Positions 40,415 through 55,404 are shown, counted from the first letter of the stretch. The stretch: DNA of 64,000 nucleotides from Amoebidium appalachense (GCA_963693365.1 CAVNZM010000001.1:18400783-18464782); one strand, 5' to 3'. Made by a program: numbers and translations. Notes: generated by a model from the letters alone, not told the origin.

Positions 40415-40679
40415 CCTTTTTTCGTGTTTTGTGCGCGCCGTCAGCTGTGTGTCTAGTTCTGCTGCATGGCTTTCTCGCCATCCCCCCCCCCCCCCCCTCT
40501 CCCCCCCCCCCTTCTCCTGTCCTCCATCTCTAGCGTCTCTCTCGCTCCCCCCTCCCCCCCCGGCGCCCGCTCTCCTCTCCATCTTTTACCTCTCTCTCTC
40601 TCTCTCTCTCCCTCTCCCTGGCTCCTCTCCCCTCCCTTGTCTCCCTCCCCCCCCCCCTCCCCCCCCCCCTCACTCACTC

Positions 40680-40723
<44 letters not shown>

Positions 40724-41223
40724 CCCCCCCCCTCCCTCCCTCCCTTCCCCGCCCCCCCCTCTGTCTCCCCCCTCCCCTCTCTCCCTCTCCCTCTCTTTCT
40801 CTTCCCCTCTCTCCCCGTCCCCCCCGTTCTCTCCCATCACCTCTCATTCCCTTCCTACTCTCTCCCCTTCCTCCCCCCCCCATCTCTCCCCCTCGCGCTT
40901 GCTTCCCCTTCCGCAATCTCCATCCCTCTTCCCTTCGATACCTCCTTCCCCTCTTCTCTCCCTCCCCCTCATTCTCTCACTCACTCATCTCCCTCTCCCT
41001 CTCCTGCCCCCATCTATCTCTCTCCCCCCCTGTTCCCTCCGTCCCCCCTCCCCCCCCCCCCCCCCCCCCCCCTTCCCCTCGCTCTCTCTTTCTCCCCCCC
41101 CCCCCCCCCTCTCTCTCTCTCTCTATGTGTGTGTGTGTGTGTGTCTGTCGGTCACACACACACACAAACGCACACCCACCCACCCACCCACCCACCCACA
41201 CCCACACACACACACACACACAC

Positions 41224-41310
<87 letters not shown>

Positions 41311-41401
41311 CATACATACATACATACAGATATATATGTGTGTGTACACACACACACACACACATATATATGAGATCTCTCTCTCTCTTTCTATATATAC
41401 T

Positions 41402-41496
<95 letters not shown>

Positions 41497-41518
41497 CATA
41501 TATCTGCAACGCTAACAC

Positions 41519-41564
<46 letters not shown>

Positions 41565-41934
41565 GCGCACACACCCTTTTCCCTTGCTTTCCCTCCCTCT
41601 CTTCCCCCTCGCCGTCCGCCTCCCCCTCCCCATCCCCCCAACACAGCCGATAACCATCGAGGGCCTCAACAACTGCACCTCGTTAGTGTCCCTGTCCATT
41701 GAAGGCCAACACGAACGAGTATGGCCCAGGAGACTTACCCACCTCGAAACCGTCGAGCTCATGAAACTTGAAATGACGGAGGAAGACTATGATCGAGGGT
41801 TGGATGCGCACAGTTTCAAGCCACTTGCCACGTGTCATAACATCACCCGCCTGACCCTGTGCTCCACCAATGATCCAATCAAGTGTGGTGCTTTGAAGGA
41901 GATGCCGAACCTCGTCTTTCTCATGCTGGCTGTT

Positions 41935-41984
<50 letters not shown>

Positions 41985-42465
41985 CCCCCCCCCTTGCTCC
42001 CCCAACCCACACATCCAACCATCCAGCCTCCCTCTCTTCCCCTCCCCTACACTCTCCCCCTTTTTCTTCTGGTGCATACTCCTTGTTTTTACTGCTTTCT
42101 TGCAGTATCTGCATTATGGTTTTCGTCATGTGTGCTTGGTGCTCTGTAACACATCCTACCCCCTACCCCCTGCATTTTCCCATTTCCCCTGCGTGACTAT
42201 GCTGTGCTGTATGTGTTCTTGCACAGGATATTGCCTTATGCTCTTTCTTCTTCAACTGGGCCCTAGTCATTTGGTGTAGCAGAGGTGTCCTTCGTGCCCA
42301 CTATCAAAGTCACATGCCTTGAAATGCGTGCTTCCCCTTCCCTCCCCCCTTCCCTCCCTCTCCCCCACGCGCTTTCCCTGCACTTTATAAATACCACCCA
42401 CGTGGGCACACAGAAACACACACGCGCACCTGCATGGACACACTTACGCAGGCAGGCACACACAA

Positions 42466-42496
<31 letters not shown>

Positions 42497-43208
42497 CACA
42501 CACAAACATAAACCACCAGCTTCACTTTCACAAATCCTCACCCCTCCCCCCCCCCCCCTCCCCTTCTCCCTTTTCCCCGACCCCCCCCCCCCCCCGTCCC
42601 CTTCCACTCACTTCCTCCCCCCCCCCCCCCCCCCCCCCCCCCCTTTGAGAATGGGCCCTGCTTGTTGGGCATATTCCTTATATGTGGTTTGCTCTCTGCA
42701 TCGTGTTAACAGCGCATCCAAACCCTCGACTCCCCCCCCTCGGCCCCTGTCTCCCTCCTCCACATCAATCCACCCCCCCCTCCTCCCCTCTCCTTCGATC
42801 ATTTCTTTTCCATCTCACACTCCAACCCCTCACCCCTCCAGGCACCCATTCTCTTCCATCTCCAGCTACGACACAACCCGGCCCTCACCCGTGTAATTCT
42901 ATGGACACACATGGAGGACCCACACGTGCTCAAGGGATGCACCCAAATTAGGCAGCTGCAGCTGTTTTCCCATCCTGCCGTCCCATTTGCCGATATGTTT
43001 AAAGACTGCACATCATTGGTGGATCTGGGCCTGATCGCTGGCTGTGACCGATCGTTGGCGTTCATTCCTGCAATTGCCCCCCATCTACAGCGGTTGCTTC
43101 TTTGCGATTGGGAGCCACCTCGTTGGTACCCGGCGCCACCTGGAAACGTGCCCATTGTAAACCCCCTTCCCCCCCCCCCCCCTCCCCCCCTCCTCCCCTC
43201 ATCCCCCC

Positions 43209-43239
<31 letters not shown>

Positions 43240-43674
43240 ACACAAACATTGTTCTGCCTTTAAAACGCGGCCTCGCACCTGTAAACACAGATCTATGTGC
43301 ACCACGTTACCCAAGCATGTTTTTTTCAAACTTGTGTTTGGTTTTGTTACGTATATGTTTGATCCTGGTACAAATATGGAAGCGAGCGCATGACACCCGA
43401 GCCCTCTTCCGACCTGTGTTGTTCTCCCCTTTTCCGACGTAAAAAATACACATGTGAAACACACAATGATAGCACATGAGCACCCAAGCACTCGGACAAA
43501 TACACACATACACAGATACAAACATGCGTGAACAGTAACGAATACATGCAAATATGTGCACGCCGCTGTATTGTGAATGCTGAGTCTTCGGTGTAGAAGT
43601 GTTCACAACCAAGGGGAATGTGCCCTCATGTACACCCTCAATGCCTCCCCCCCCACCACCACCACCACGAAAGA

Positions 43675-43732
<58 letters not shown>

Positions 43733-44200
43733 AAAAGAAAAAGGGAAGAGAGCGAAAAGCCGGGGATGGGTGGGTGGGTGTTGGGGGGGGAGGGGGGATG
43801 AGGGGGGGGGGGGGGGGAGGGGGATGAGGGGGCATGGAGGGAGGGAAAGAGAGGGATAGATGGTGAAAGAAAGGGGGGAGAGAGAAAAAGCAAAGGGGGG
43901 AGGACGGGGGGTGGAGAGTAGGGAGGAAGGGGGAGAGGGAGGGAGAGCGAGGGACGAAAACAGAAATAACGAATGAGAAAGATGGGGTAAGGGGCAGGGG
44001 GATTCGAAGGCAAGGGAGAAAGTCGTTGGTTTGCAACCATGTGGTGTCGCCCTAATGTTTCTACGCCACAGTGTTGTTGCTGGTTGTGAGTGCATATGTT
44101 CCACTATATGGCATGTGTGAAACTTGGACGTCACATGCACACATGCTTTTGCACACAGATGTACATACGTGCACACGACTCTCCCCCCTCCCCCCCCCCT

Positions 44201-44240
<40 letters not shown>

Positions 44241-44541
44241 CACACACGTATCACCACCACCACACATACACAATCCATCCCCGCCCCGCTTCCCCCATCC
44301 CCGCTCATTCCCCTTCTTCAGTTGATCTTTTGGTTTACACGGTCTATTTTGATCTTTTCCTCCCCCCCCCCTCACCCTCCGTCAACCCTCAGAACTTGTC
44401 ATTTCTGTCTACAGTACTGATGAGTGCAATCACTAACACCTCATCTCCACCCATCCCCCCCCCCCCCCCCCCCCCCCCCAGGCACACACACGTGCATCAC
44501 CCACCAACACAGACACACACAAACACAAAAAAACAAAAAAA

Positions 44542-44577
<36 letters not shown>

Positions 44578-44690
44578 CCCCCCCCTACCCCCCCCCCCCC
44601 CCCCCACACACACACACATACACACACACCATCCCCCCCCCCCCCCCCACACACACACACACACACCACCACCACCACCAACACCACCCT

Positions 44691-44726
<36 letters not shown>

Positions 44727-45740
44727 ACCCACACAAACACACATCCTATGCAGTCATCCAACCCACACCAAGACGTCACGAACATCCTTTGGTTCCATGA
44801 CCCCATTATGGGCTTCCTGGGCCCAATTACCACCGACCCACTCTTCAGGCTCCCAGAGCTAACAAACGTAACTCTCGGCGATAAGGGTGAGTACACGAAA
44901 CCCTTTGTGTACGATTTCGAAACCACGGACGTTTTCAAATCCGTATACCACTACAGAATCTGCAATCAGAACAAAGACACACCGCACGAATCCATGTTTT
45001 GCATACACGGCGTCAACGATGCATTGGGTTACGAAAACACCACCATTCCCCTGCCCCCACCTCCCATCCTCCCGACGGACTTTCTCGTTCGCGTTTCTCT
45101 TCTGGACAGTTTCATTTCCGATGTTTCGGCGCTTTCTGGTTGTAAGCGGCTACGAGAAATTGATATCGAAGGGTGCAAATACGTTGACAGTTTGGTCGCG
45201 TTGACCAAATGCCCCGAGCTACGGCGGATCAGTGTTGGGGGTTGTGGCGTGTCGGATTTTAGGTTCATTGAAAAGTGCACCAACCTGCGCGAGATTGAGA
45301 TTTCCCGCCCGAACATGTACCCAGAAGTAATTTTGGGGAACCAATGGCCTGTCTCGGTTAAAACCGTGCGGTTTATTCGCTGTCCCGGCGTGCGCCGCCT
45401 GACCCCCCTTTCTCACTGCACATTCCTCGAATCCCTGTGGGTCTTCGAATGCCCCGATCTTCGTGATCTCGACCCAATCAGATCGCTGCATTACCTACAC
45501 GAATTGCGGTTGGAGGGGGAGTCATCTGACCGCCCATCCTCGATTGGTGACTGGTCGGCTGCAAAGGATCATCCGTCACTACAAACCGTCATTATCGAAT
45601 CGGTGGCTGTAGGCACACAATCGAACCAGGGAAAGCAAACCACTTTTAATATAAAGGCAATGACACCCCCCTTCCTCCCCTCTCCCCTTAACCCCTTCCC
45701 CTCCTCCCCCCGGAGCGAAATCATCCCTCTTTCTGTGTAA
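37048..45740 (+). CDS. F-box + leucine-rich repeat protein, ~723 aa
   Basis: Exons: 37048-37078, 37781-37894, 39541-39980, 41647-41931, 42842-43156, 44754-45740 (3' end uncertain). Phases are consistent. F-box: [31 protein letters not shown]. LRRs include [32 protein letters not shown] and [16 protein letters not shown]. Confidence 0.82.
37598..37680 (+). mobile_element. 5'-truncated type A copy of the poly(C)-abutting repeat, F-box gene intron 1
   Basis: Matches the reverse complement of about 8649-8732. It ends ...gtacttcgtaccattttccgcattcaa and has C runs on both sides. Confidence 0.8.
40023..40138 (+). mobile_element. Type B copy of the poly(C)-abutting repeat
   Basis: Carries ctgatgacttgg...ctgaggattgg, a block shared with the long type A copies, and GTACTTCGTAC at 40116-40126, 12 nt before a C run. 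Confidence 0.7.
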
Positions 45741-45759
45741 TTTGCCTAATCTGTTTTGT

Positions 45760-45800
45760 GTGGTCATTGTTGAACATGTACTTCGTACTCGGGAACACAT
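45760..45800 (+). repeat. Short type B fragment of the poly(C)-abutting repeat
   Basis: GTACTTCGTAC at 45778-45788, then tcgggaacacat, then a C run. Confidence 0.6.
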
Positions 45801-45852
45801 CCCCCCCCCCCCCCCCAAAAAAAAAAAAAAAAAACACCAAAAAAAAAAACAC

Positions 45853-45888
<36 letters not shown>

Positions 45889-46141
45889 ACCCACCCACCC
45901 ACTTCAAACAAGCACGTACCAGAGCTTTGAAACATACACACAGCCACACGTGCTTGCGCCCGAAGTGCCCACACACGGCACAACATATCCACACTCAAAC
46001 ACAGGCGCTAATTATTTGCTCTCCTTGTTACCAATCCAACCGTGTGCATAAGCTGCATTTCTTTTTGCCCGCCCTCCCCGCGGGGGCGCCCTGGCGCCCT
46101 CCCCACCCACCCACCCTCAGTCAGGTTTTTGTCTGCCTATC

Positions 46142-46181
<40 letters not shown>

Positions 46182-46703
46182 ATCCCACCCGCCCACCCGC
46201 CCAATCCTTTTTGTAAGAAGGAACGAAAGAAAGAATACGAGCATTTATTCTAAAAAACATCCCTTTTACTTTTTTGTGGAGATTTTAACCCAAACCAAAT
46301 CACGCCCTGTATTTAGAGCCGCATGGGTTGCTTGAGACTGTCTCTGTGTCTAATTGATGAAACATGTGTGTGAAGGGATTTCACTTAATTAAATACAACC
46401 CCCCCCCCCCCCCCCTCCCCCGAACACCACCTCCCACCACCACCACCACCACCACCACAGCAACCCCCCTTGCCCCCCCCTCCTCCCCCCCCCCCCCTTC
46501 TCCCCCTCCCATCACCCCACCACCACCACCACCACCACAGCCCCGCTCCCCCTCCCCTTCCCCCCCCTCTCCCCTCCCCCCCCCCCAACCGGAAGGCTCC
46601 TGCAGTGCAATGTTTGCCGAAGGACTCTAGCCCATGTTTTGGCGTAGGATCTAACACATTCACATGTACATACATACACACACACGCATACACACACACA
46701 CGC

Positions 46704-46782
<79 letters not shown>

Positions 46783-47298
46783 TACATGTACACACCATGA
46801 CCAACACATACAGTCTTTTAAACAGCGAATGCAGGGTCGCCGTTGTCCATCAGACAGAACAAAGAAACGTTGGCCAAAGGTTCAATGGACACGAAGCAAG
46901 ATTGTGTACTTCTACTGAGGGTTTTTGGTGGAAAAAATACATGTGTGTTAGCGCCATAAGGTGGTTGGGATATGGACTTAGTTTTCAGAAATCTCCAACC
47001 AGCCTTTTTGTACCCTTTTCCCTTTTTTTTCAGGTCCTGAAATACACATACTGGAATTGTTGTCTATTGTTTAAATGTTAAACAATATTGCAGCTCAATA
47101 TTCCTACTTTTTTTGTTTGTTTTTTAAAACATCGCGATGGTACATGATTTGGTTTATGTTGTTGTATGTGATCGCCTGTTCGGGTTTCTACATGTGCCAT
47201 GCCTAACACCATACAAACTTCTTGGCTAATTCTGCATATTCCAAAGTTACCTATGTGCAGGCACAAAACATTTTTTTTTTTTTTTTTTTTTTTGTGGG

Positions 47299-47346
<48 letters not shown>

Positions 47347-49057
47347 GCGGGGGAGGAAGACAGCAACTTAGAAGATTGTTTTGATGTACCTAGGTAGGTC
47401 ATTTGTCTGTTATAGGTAGTCCGAGGGAAGAGAGAAAGATGGGAACAACCAAAAAAAAAAAAAAGGTCACGAGCCAAACACACATATACACTAGCGAGCT
47501 TTGGGCAAAAACCTCGGTTTAAATAGTGTGTAAACCCCCATCTGTGTCTACCAGTACAATAGTAGGTGGCTTGGTTGGTGTACCTGTGCAGGTGGTGCAT
47601 ATGCAGTCAGCCAACTCATACACCACCCAATTGGCACCAGCTGATTTGATATGGGTGCATACTGTATGACTGTCTGTGGTTTCTATGTCTATGTATGGGG
47701 AAGCCCGATGGGTCTATTAAATACCGGGCCGGATTTCCGTGGCCGACAAAAGCAAATAATAAGAAAGGGACAATGTCATAGCGTATGGACGTAAGTGCCC
47801 GTTTTCCAGACCTATAGTAAAACTAAAATCCCACAGAGTATTGTGATTATTAAAAAAATTTAAATGCGAAAGACTGCAGCTGACCTCTATTGTACATGTC
47901 ACCCCGGGCTTTGGTAGTAGTGATGGCCTGGCAACGGTGGCCATGTTGTGCAGGGTGATGGGAAAGAACAGGGGAGGTGAACCATTGTAACCAATTCGAT
48001 GGCTGGGACTCACTATGCAAAATGCACCTCTGTGATGTTGCGCTGCACACACGTAGGACTTTATTGGTAACCTAGCTGGGCCCCCAGCCCATAAACAATT
48101 CCATTGCAGCCCAATTGACTTGAACTTCGTAAAAACGCGTTTCGAACTGAGCCCCAGTTGCACCCAGATACATGTTGTCGTCATATTTCGCGCCTTTACG
48201 ATGGAATGTGCCGTTGCGTTTAGTGCGAGGTGGTAACTGATTGGTTCTGCGTATAAAATATTTGACTTGTGCAAGTTGCCGGCTGTGGCTTACGTAGAAC
48301 CCTATAGTAGAAGTATTTAGATTGGCCAATAGTCATGTATGCAATAGAACAAGATGTAAACCCTCGTAAAACGAGCGAATCATCATTTGTTTATGCACTC
48401 TTCCGTATCAAGCTATTTTATCACCTTTTTCTCTATGTGAGTTCTTTTCTTCACTCTCTACATATACATAACGAATTTAATCGTAGCCTTTATCTCCCAC
48501 AAAAAATCACTAAGCAATGCTTAAATGATACTTTTGGACCCATCCTATTTATCCATGTGTGCTTCTAGGGCTGTCGCAGTACTTTTCGAGCCCGGCAACT
48601 GCTTTGCCTTGTCTTTGAGCATTTAAACACGTCTAATATTTTAGAAGACAGTTTTGATTCGCTTATACATTATTTTTACATTCTAAAACAGTTTATCAGA
48701 GACATCTTTCACCGCATTCCTGCATTCAGGGATCTTGTGAAGCTGCGCAGGAGAAAACGGCAAACTGTTCCTTCCGCACGACACAACTTTTTTGTGTGTT
48801 ACAAACGTGTTTGTATGTGGGCTTCAACTTCCAAGCTTAGGTACAGATCTTTATGAACCATTCTAACCATCAATAGCTCCTAGGTTCTAAGCATTGATAC
48901 GGCACACAGAAGTTGTTGTATGTTACAAAGCCAGGGCTAGGTCACTGAGACATCCATCAATAAATCAAGAAACCAAGTCTGCGTATGCAACCGATTTTTG
49001 TTGACCAGATGACGCTCCAATAACACATACACATAGTCTCTTCTTACACCCCTCACC

Positions 49058-49577
49058 ATGGCCAAGCTCATTATACTTCCCGCCCTGGCACTTGTTTCAG
49101 GCGCTCTTTCTATGGATCTAGACTCCACCGACCCTCTCTACCCGTGTGTGGACACCTTAGGCCGTCAGAAACCTGCAAACTGTGAAAAACACAAGGTACG
49201 TGGTGTTCCCTATCACCAGACTTAAAATCGTGAATAAAGCCTTGTGTGTCCGCAGATGTGTACCACTGCAGCAAGAATATATGCTGTACATGTTAGGATT
49301 TCAATAAATTTATAAAGAACACTTTCCATCCAGAATGCTCACCTGAAGTTTGGTTTCCTGTCGGTCGTACAACCTCGAAACCCTTGCCTGCGGGAAACAT
49401 TTAGACAGATACGACAGGCACTTTGGTTTTGATACACATTTTCTCACTGACTACGACGATGTTCGAAGCTTGGCACCTGCTGTTGTTATTATTGTTGTTG
49501 CTTTGTTTTTATTTTTGGTGTGTGTGTGTGTGGTGGTGGTGGTGGTGGTGGTGGTGGTTTGGGGGCGGGGCGGGGGG

Positions 49578-49624
<47 letters not shown>

Positions 49625-52600
49625 GGAGGGCCCGATGTTGGCCCTTTGCAAGCTCCAAGAGTCTACAGTTGTTGGGGCAGATGCATTGCTAAAGAGCTCT
49701 GGATACTCGCTTCTCCTTACATATGATTACAGCAGCACGTGAGTGGTAGCTCTGGGTATGGGTAGGGTTTTTAAACGTGAAACAGGTCGGGGGAAAAAAA
49801 AGCCAAATGAGTAAAATACTACAGTGCCCCCATGCTGTACAACTTATCCTAGCCCACAAACGTTATGTGTGATATTTATTTTTTCTGACCGGGGCCTTTA
49901 CTTCACAGATAACTCTACCCCTCAGGCCTGGAGGAAAGCAGCTCATCAGTGAGTTTGCCATCAGAGAAGGTATGCATCTGGGTGTGGTTGGGATGTCAAT
50001 GTTGTGTGTTGGGTGCCCTACACACGACACGAATGTCATGGACGAAAGACGCCTGAGACATGATTCTACCAAACCCTACACTTCCCTTACCTCGTTGCAC
50101 TTCGCATCCTAAGAACATGCACAACGCTTTGGCGAATGCTGAGATGTGTAGGCAGGCAGCATATGTGGAATAGAAAAGAAATTGACTTCAAAGAAGAATG
50201 CCCGTACACGCAGAATACTCACCCGTACACACATACCAAGACACACACAGGCACACAGACATGCAGGGGGTCACTTACAATACTCACTTCCATGCACTTG
50301 ATAGCAAGTGCAACATAAAGGGACCCAAAAGGCGAAAAAGCCTGAGAATATTAATTATGGGGCGGTACGGTGTATTGAAATCTGTGTATACTCGTGCGCA
50401 CACCTACATATGCTATGAGGGAATTGGCATGCATGCACATACGAGCAAACATAAAATTACATCATTGTGGAGAATTTAAAATACCCTTGTGCATTTTGTT
50501 AGAATGCATGTGCGCATGACTGGCAAAACGATTGGGAAATGAAAAATTGTCCTGCTGTCTTCCTTCTAATACCAATGTGCACCATCTCATTTTCTCCCTC
50601 TATCCTCGTGCCGTTCCTTCGTTGCATTACAGGATTTGTAACCTCTTATCTATGCAACTCCCCTGAATCACACCCCACCACGTGTTTATCATTCCCTTCT
50701 TTGTCCCTTGCAGTCTAGAGCTCCTACACTCTGGTACCCAAACCCTGTGGTCCCAAAATATTACACAAACACATGTGCACAATCATTATTGTTTGCATCC
50801 ATGCGTATCTGATGTGGGTGTTAGGATAATTAGAGTTAATGTAAATGACAGCCTGAGCTATCCAAGGGGTCACGGGAGGAGAGATGTTGTTTCGGCGTGC
50901 ACACGTGCTTAGTAAAGGTCGGTACAAACATGCAGACTACGGCAATGTTTTGCACGTGTCTGTACTTGAACCACGTGAATAGTAGGACACACACGAATAC
51001 ATGCACATGTGTTTGTACGCCCCCACACACAGCGACACACACTGAGACAGACCGGCTCTGGTCGATTGTAGTGGGTATAAATCACCCATGTGAGACTATA
51101 TGTGTCTGCTCTTTGTGTTGGAAGTGTGATCAACACACGGCTCGGCACGTCACAATGCCACTCCTCTTCTTTTTCATTTCTTTTTTTCTCTTGAGCACCA
51201 TCCACTTCATTGTGTTTTTTACTAGACACCCAGTGTTTTCAGCACTCTTTACCCATCCACACGTGTACTAAATCACTTTTGTCTTTTGCACAGCCTCTAA
51301 CCTCCCCTGGGCATACAGGTGAAACCCGCCTGGTTCAGGCCGTTTTCCGATTGCCGTTTGTAGACGAGGTGAAGCTATTGAGGCTCAAGGGCACCAGCTA
51401 CGACCTGGTTGGCTTTGCAAAGCGCCGCCGTGATGGTTTTTTGCACTATCAGAGCTGCCATGAGGCCGGCACATACCTGTGGGAGGTAAGAGTTGCCTGT
51501 TGGTTGTGTTGCCGTCACTCATACTGCAATCACATTCTTGTTTTTCTTGTTTTTCCTCTATCATGCTAGGACGGGTGGAAACACCCACAAATACACGCGG
51601 ATACGTGCATGCACATCAGTGGACCACTAGTATTGAGCTGCTGTTTGCCTTTTCTCTCTTTGACTCCTGGTGCACATGCATTCTGATCAACATAATGTCG
51701 TATATTGAGTATACGAGTGCCCGGCTGTGGCACCACAAACCATTACAGTATATTTTCTTTCTGTGTTTGCTCGTTTTTTCCCGTATATTATGCTTAACAG
51801 ACATACTGGGCTGCTGTGTATGCCACACCAGAGAGCCGTAGTTATTCCAATCTTTATCACACAGCCCATTAGCCTATCAGCAAAATCTATGGTTGCACAA
51901 ATCATTTTCCCAGGCATGATTGACAACCAATGATCTGCAGGTATACAAGGCGGCCGATGCAGACTATGACACCCAGGATGATGACGACACAGATGATGAC
52001 AATGAGCCAACGGCGTGGATGATCCGTGCCAGCATGATGGACTCATGCACACACAACCCCACCCTTAACCCATTCTACATTTCGGATTCCCGGCAGCAAG
52101 TCCCACGGCCCCAAATCCCGTCGTCGGTCTCATCCGAGTTCAAGTTGGCTCATAGCGAACTACCCGCACCAATTCCCAGAGTCATGGACGAAAATGGCCC
52201 GGTAGTTCCATCACGTATCCCCGGCACCAATCAGATGTATGGCAGTGAGAAGGGGATCACCCCGGCCCACGGGTCAACCGGTTCGACCCGCAACAAGGCA
52301 CCAAACCGTCGGCCCCCGGCCACCGGGTCAGCGGGTACCTTAGACACATTTGACGACATGGACCCCTCCGGTGCCGAGGGGGCACTGAGCGACACAAGCA
52401 GCACAGGCAATAGCCAGGCAGACGAATTTGGTCTTCCATCAAACCCCCCCGACTCCGGATCCAACCCCCCTGACGTGGTCAATGCACGTGTGGTATCCCT
52501 GGTACAGGCGGAGATAACAGCCACGGGGTCTGCTCTGCCTCCCCTACCTACCCGCTCCCCCATGGCCTCTATGAGCGGCATCTCTGGTCTCCCGGACAAC

Positions 52601-54370
52601 ATTGTCGTCATCAACCCGGCCCCTGAGGGCCCCGTGCCAGAAATACCTGCCAGCACGGCAATGGATAACATGGCCCCCATGCCCACCCAAAGGCCATCAT
52701 TACCCCCCGGCATGATGGAGCTACCGGATAACATTGAGGTCGGTACAACCCCCGCCGAGACTTCCACATCCACAAGCATGGTCCCTGCCGCATCTATGGT
52801 CGATGTTATGTCGCCGGCCGGCCCGGGTGCAGCGGCTCCTTCCTCCAGTATCCCCGCAAACACAATGCCTATGGCCATGCCGACAACCATGCCCATGGGT
52901 GATGCATCTTCAACCCCCACCCAGGACGTTCTTTCGGCAGTGGACAAGTTGGTGCAAGACCTAGCGGGGGACAGCAGTGAGGCTGCACTGCTCAAACAGG
53001 TTACAGCCGATGCCGCCACCATCGTAGCCGACATGGAGAAAGAGTTGATGGGTGCCACCACCCCTGCTGCCGGCCCCATGCCATCCACAGCATATGATAT
53101 GATGCCTATGCCCACCACCATGCCTGCAGAGCATGCAATGTTTCCCCCCGGCATCATCGTCGGCACCGAGCCCCTAGCACCACAGGCAGTGGACAACAAC
53201 CCGTTCGGCACCGCCCCAGGCCCCGTTGAAAATCTACTTCCCGGTGGGGGTTTATTGATGGATATGGCCGAAAATCCGCCCTTTTCGACCATGAACCCCA
53301 CCACCACCATGATGGCGCATGATGATATGCCAGCCACCATGCCCGCACCAAACCCCACCGACTCTATGATGTCCTCCTCCCCCCTGCCCGTCGCGTCCGA
53401 TGCACCGATTGCCGCGGCGGCCGTCAACCTCCAAGTCCCATCATCAACGTCAGAATTCTTCGCACCCATGGAGACTGATAGCCAAATGAAAGACTTGGCT
53501 ATCCCACCTATTCCCGTCACTGTTACGGACATGATGGCCCCTTCCAACGCCCCCACCACCACCATTATTCCCCCTGTGATGAGCACGGAAACACCCATGC
53601 CCATGGCTCCCACCGACACTTCTTCTTCTCCTTCTTCTATCGCATCTACCGTTACAGCCACAGTGACCGAGGTTTTATCCGAAACAGACAATGGGCCAGA
53701 CATGGGTAACCCGGACACCGAATATCCCGAAGAGATGACCCCCATAGAGGGCATGACGGAGAACGAATTCCTTCTTCATCTGATGGACTATATAAAGACC
53801 GGCCGGCTGGATATTGCACTGGTTAAGATCCAGTCCCGGCTTCTGTTTTTGCCGGCGGTGGCCCCCAATGTCACGACGACCGAGAGTAAGATGATGGCCG
53901 ATGATGAGATGGTGGGGCCCGAGGAAGTCATCACCGACGTTAAAGGGGTTAATGAACCCCTCATTATTGACCATGAGATGAACGACGCCATCGCAACCCC
54001 CGTCCCTACCACCACCACCCCTCTCGTTTCGTTTCAACCGTCTTCCCGCGCCGTTGAGCCGGTTATGGAGGCCAAGGCCCAGACAGGGGATATGGATGGT
54101 GAGAGCAGGCAAAAGGCAAAGGTCGTGTATATCCTTTTGGGTGTGTTTGGTGCGGTTTGTGCTGCTGCGGCTCTCGTGGGTGCTGTGTTTGGATATAGGA
54201 GATATCGTCAGCAGAGGCAGCCCAAATATCCAATCATGCGCATTAACAACCTCCCGACGCACAAAGTGGATGTTAGTGTGGATGATTTGTGGAAACAGCA
54301 ACAGATGAGTGGGGTTGACTCGCACGGCGACCGTTTGGCTCGTTTAAGCGGCACTGCAACCGTAGTATAG
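49058..54370 (+). CDS. Type I membrane protein: signal peptide, Cys-containing N-terminal region, long Pro/Thr/Ser/Met/Asp-rich mucin-like stalk, TM and cytosolic tail
   Basis: The terminal exon 51941-54370 is one open frame with TM VVYILLGVFGAVCAAAALVGAVFGY followed by RRYRQQR. A phase-compatible exon lies at 51294-51485. A probable first exon at 49058-49195 (MAKLIILPALALVSGALS) looks like a signal peptide. Candidate small exons end at 49738 and span 49926-49969. The middle exons are not fully resolved. Confidence 0.7.
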
Positions 54371-54527
54371 CCATTGTGGGAGAAGTGGGGTGTGTGAGAA
54401 TAGCTGGTAGATGGGTTAGTATGGGTGATATGCAATATGTTTTGGTGTATGATAGGATGTGGGACCTGGTTTTGAATGCATAGATAATATGGATGTGCGT
54501 TCAGAATTCCAAGGAAGCAAATACATG

Positions 54528-54608
<81 letters not shown>

Positions 54609-55364
54609 CACAAGCGCACACAGAGATAGCAAGTAGTGCTTTTGTACATATATTTTCCTAACTCCATTTTTAGTACACACTAGCTTTACCCGAGAGTTTT
54701 GTCGTCCATTCGGCCATGTTTTGTGTTTACTGTCAGAAGATTGAAAGGGCCTGTGGCCCTCATAAAACTGTGCATAGTTTGAAAAATTCGTCTCTGCCAC
54801 CCTTTTCACACCACTTTTTGTCACCAATAAGTTAATTCAACTTTATGACTGTTGTTGCAAAATTTCAGAGAATGATTCGAAGGGTGGAGGGGTGTTTAAA
54901 GGGATTCTCGGTATTTGGCATTTTTTGCCGTTGCCCTTCTGGATGCCCCAACTCTCCCGTATTGCTACAGACTGAGTGTAGATAAAAATTTGAATACCCT
55001 CACGTGCACTGTTTTTTTCATCATGCAACTGCCCCGGGCTCCCCCCCCCCTCCCCCCCCCCCCCCCCCCCCAACGCACCCACCCGCCCCACCCCACCCCA
55101 CCATCCCGCTTCCCGGCCCCCCTTCCCCCCCCCCCCCCCCCCCACAACCTCCCCCTCCTCTCCTCGTCCCACGTGAGTTCGTTAATCAGCACATCCGCCC
55201 GGAAACTGGCAGGAGGTTTGCAGATTCGATCACTGGCCTGGTTTGTCCTGGTCGATGTATGTTTATGATGGTTTAAAGTATGACTTAAGCCGCCCCCCTT
55301 CCCCCCCCCCCTTCCCCCCCCCCCCCCCCCCCCCCCCGCCCCCTGTCCCCTTTCTTTACACCCT

Positions 55365-55404
<40 letters not shown>

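Noticed and set aside
52231-53754. 507-aa - strand ORF
   Set aside because: It is antisense to the mucin-like exon, which has the splice acceptor and TM/tail organisation.
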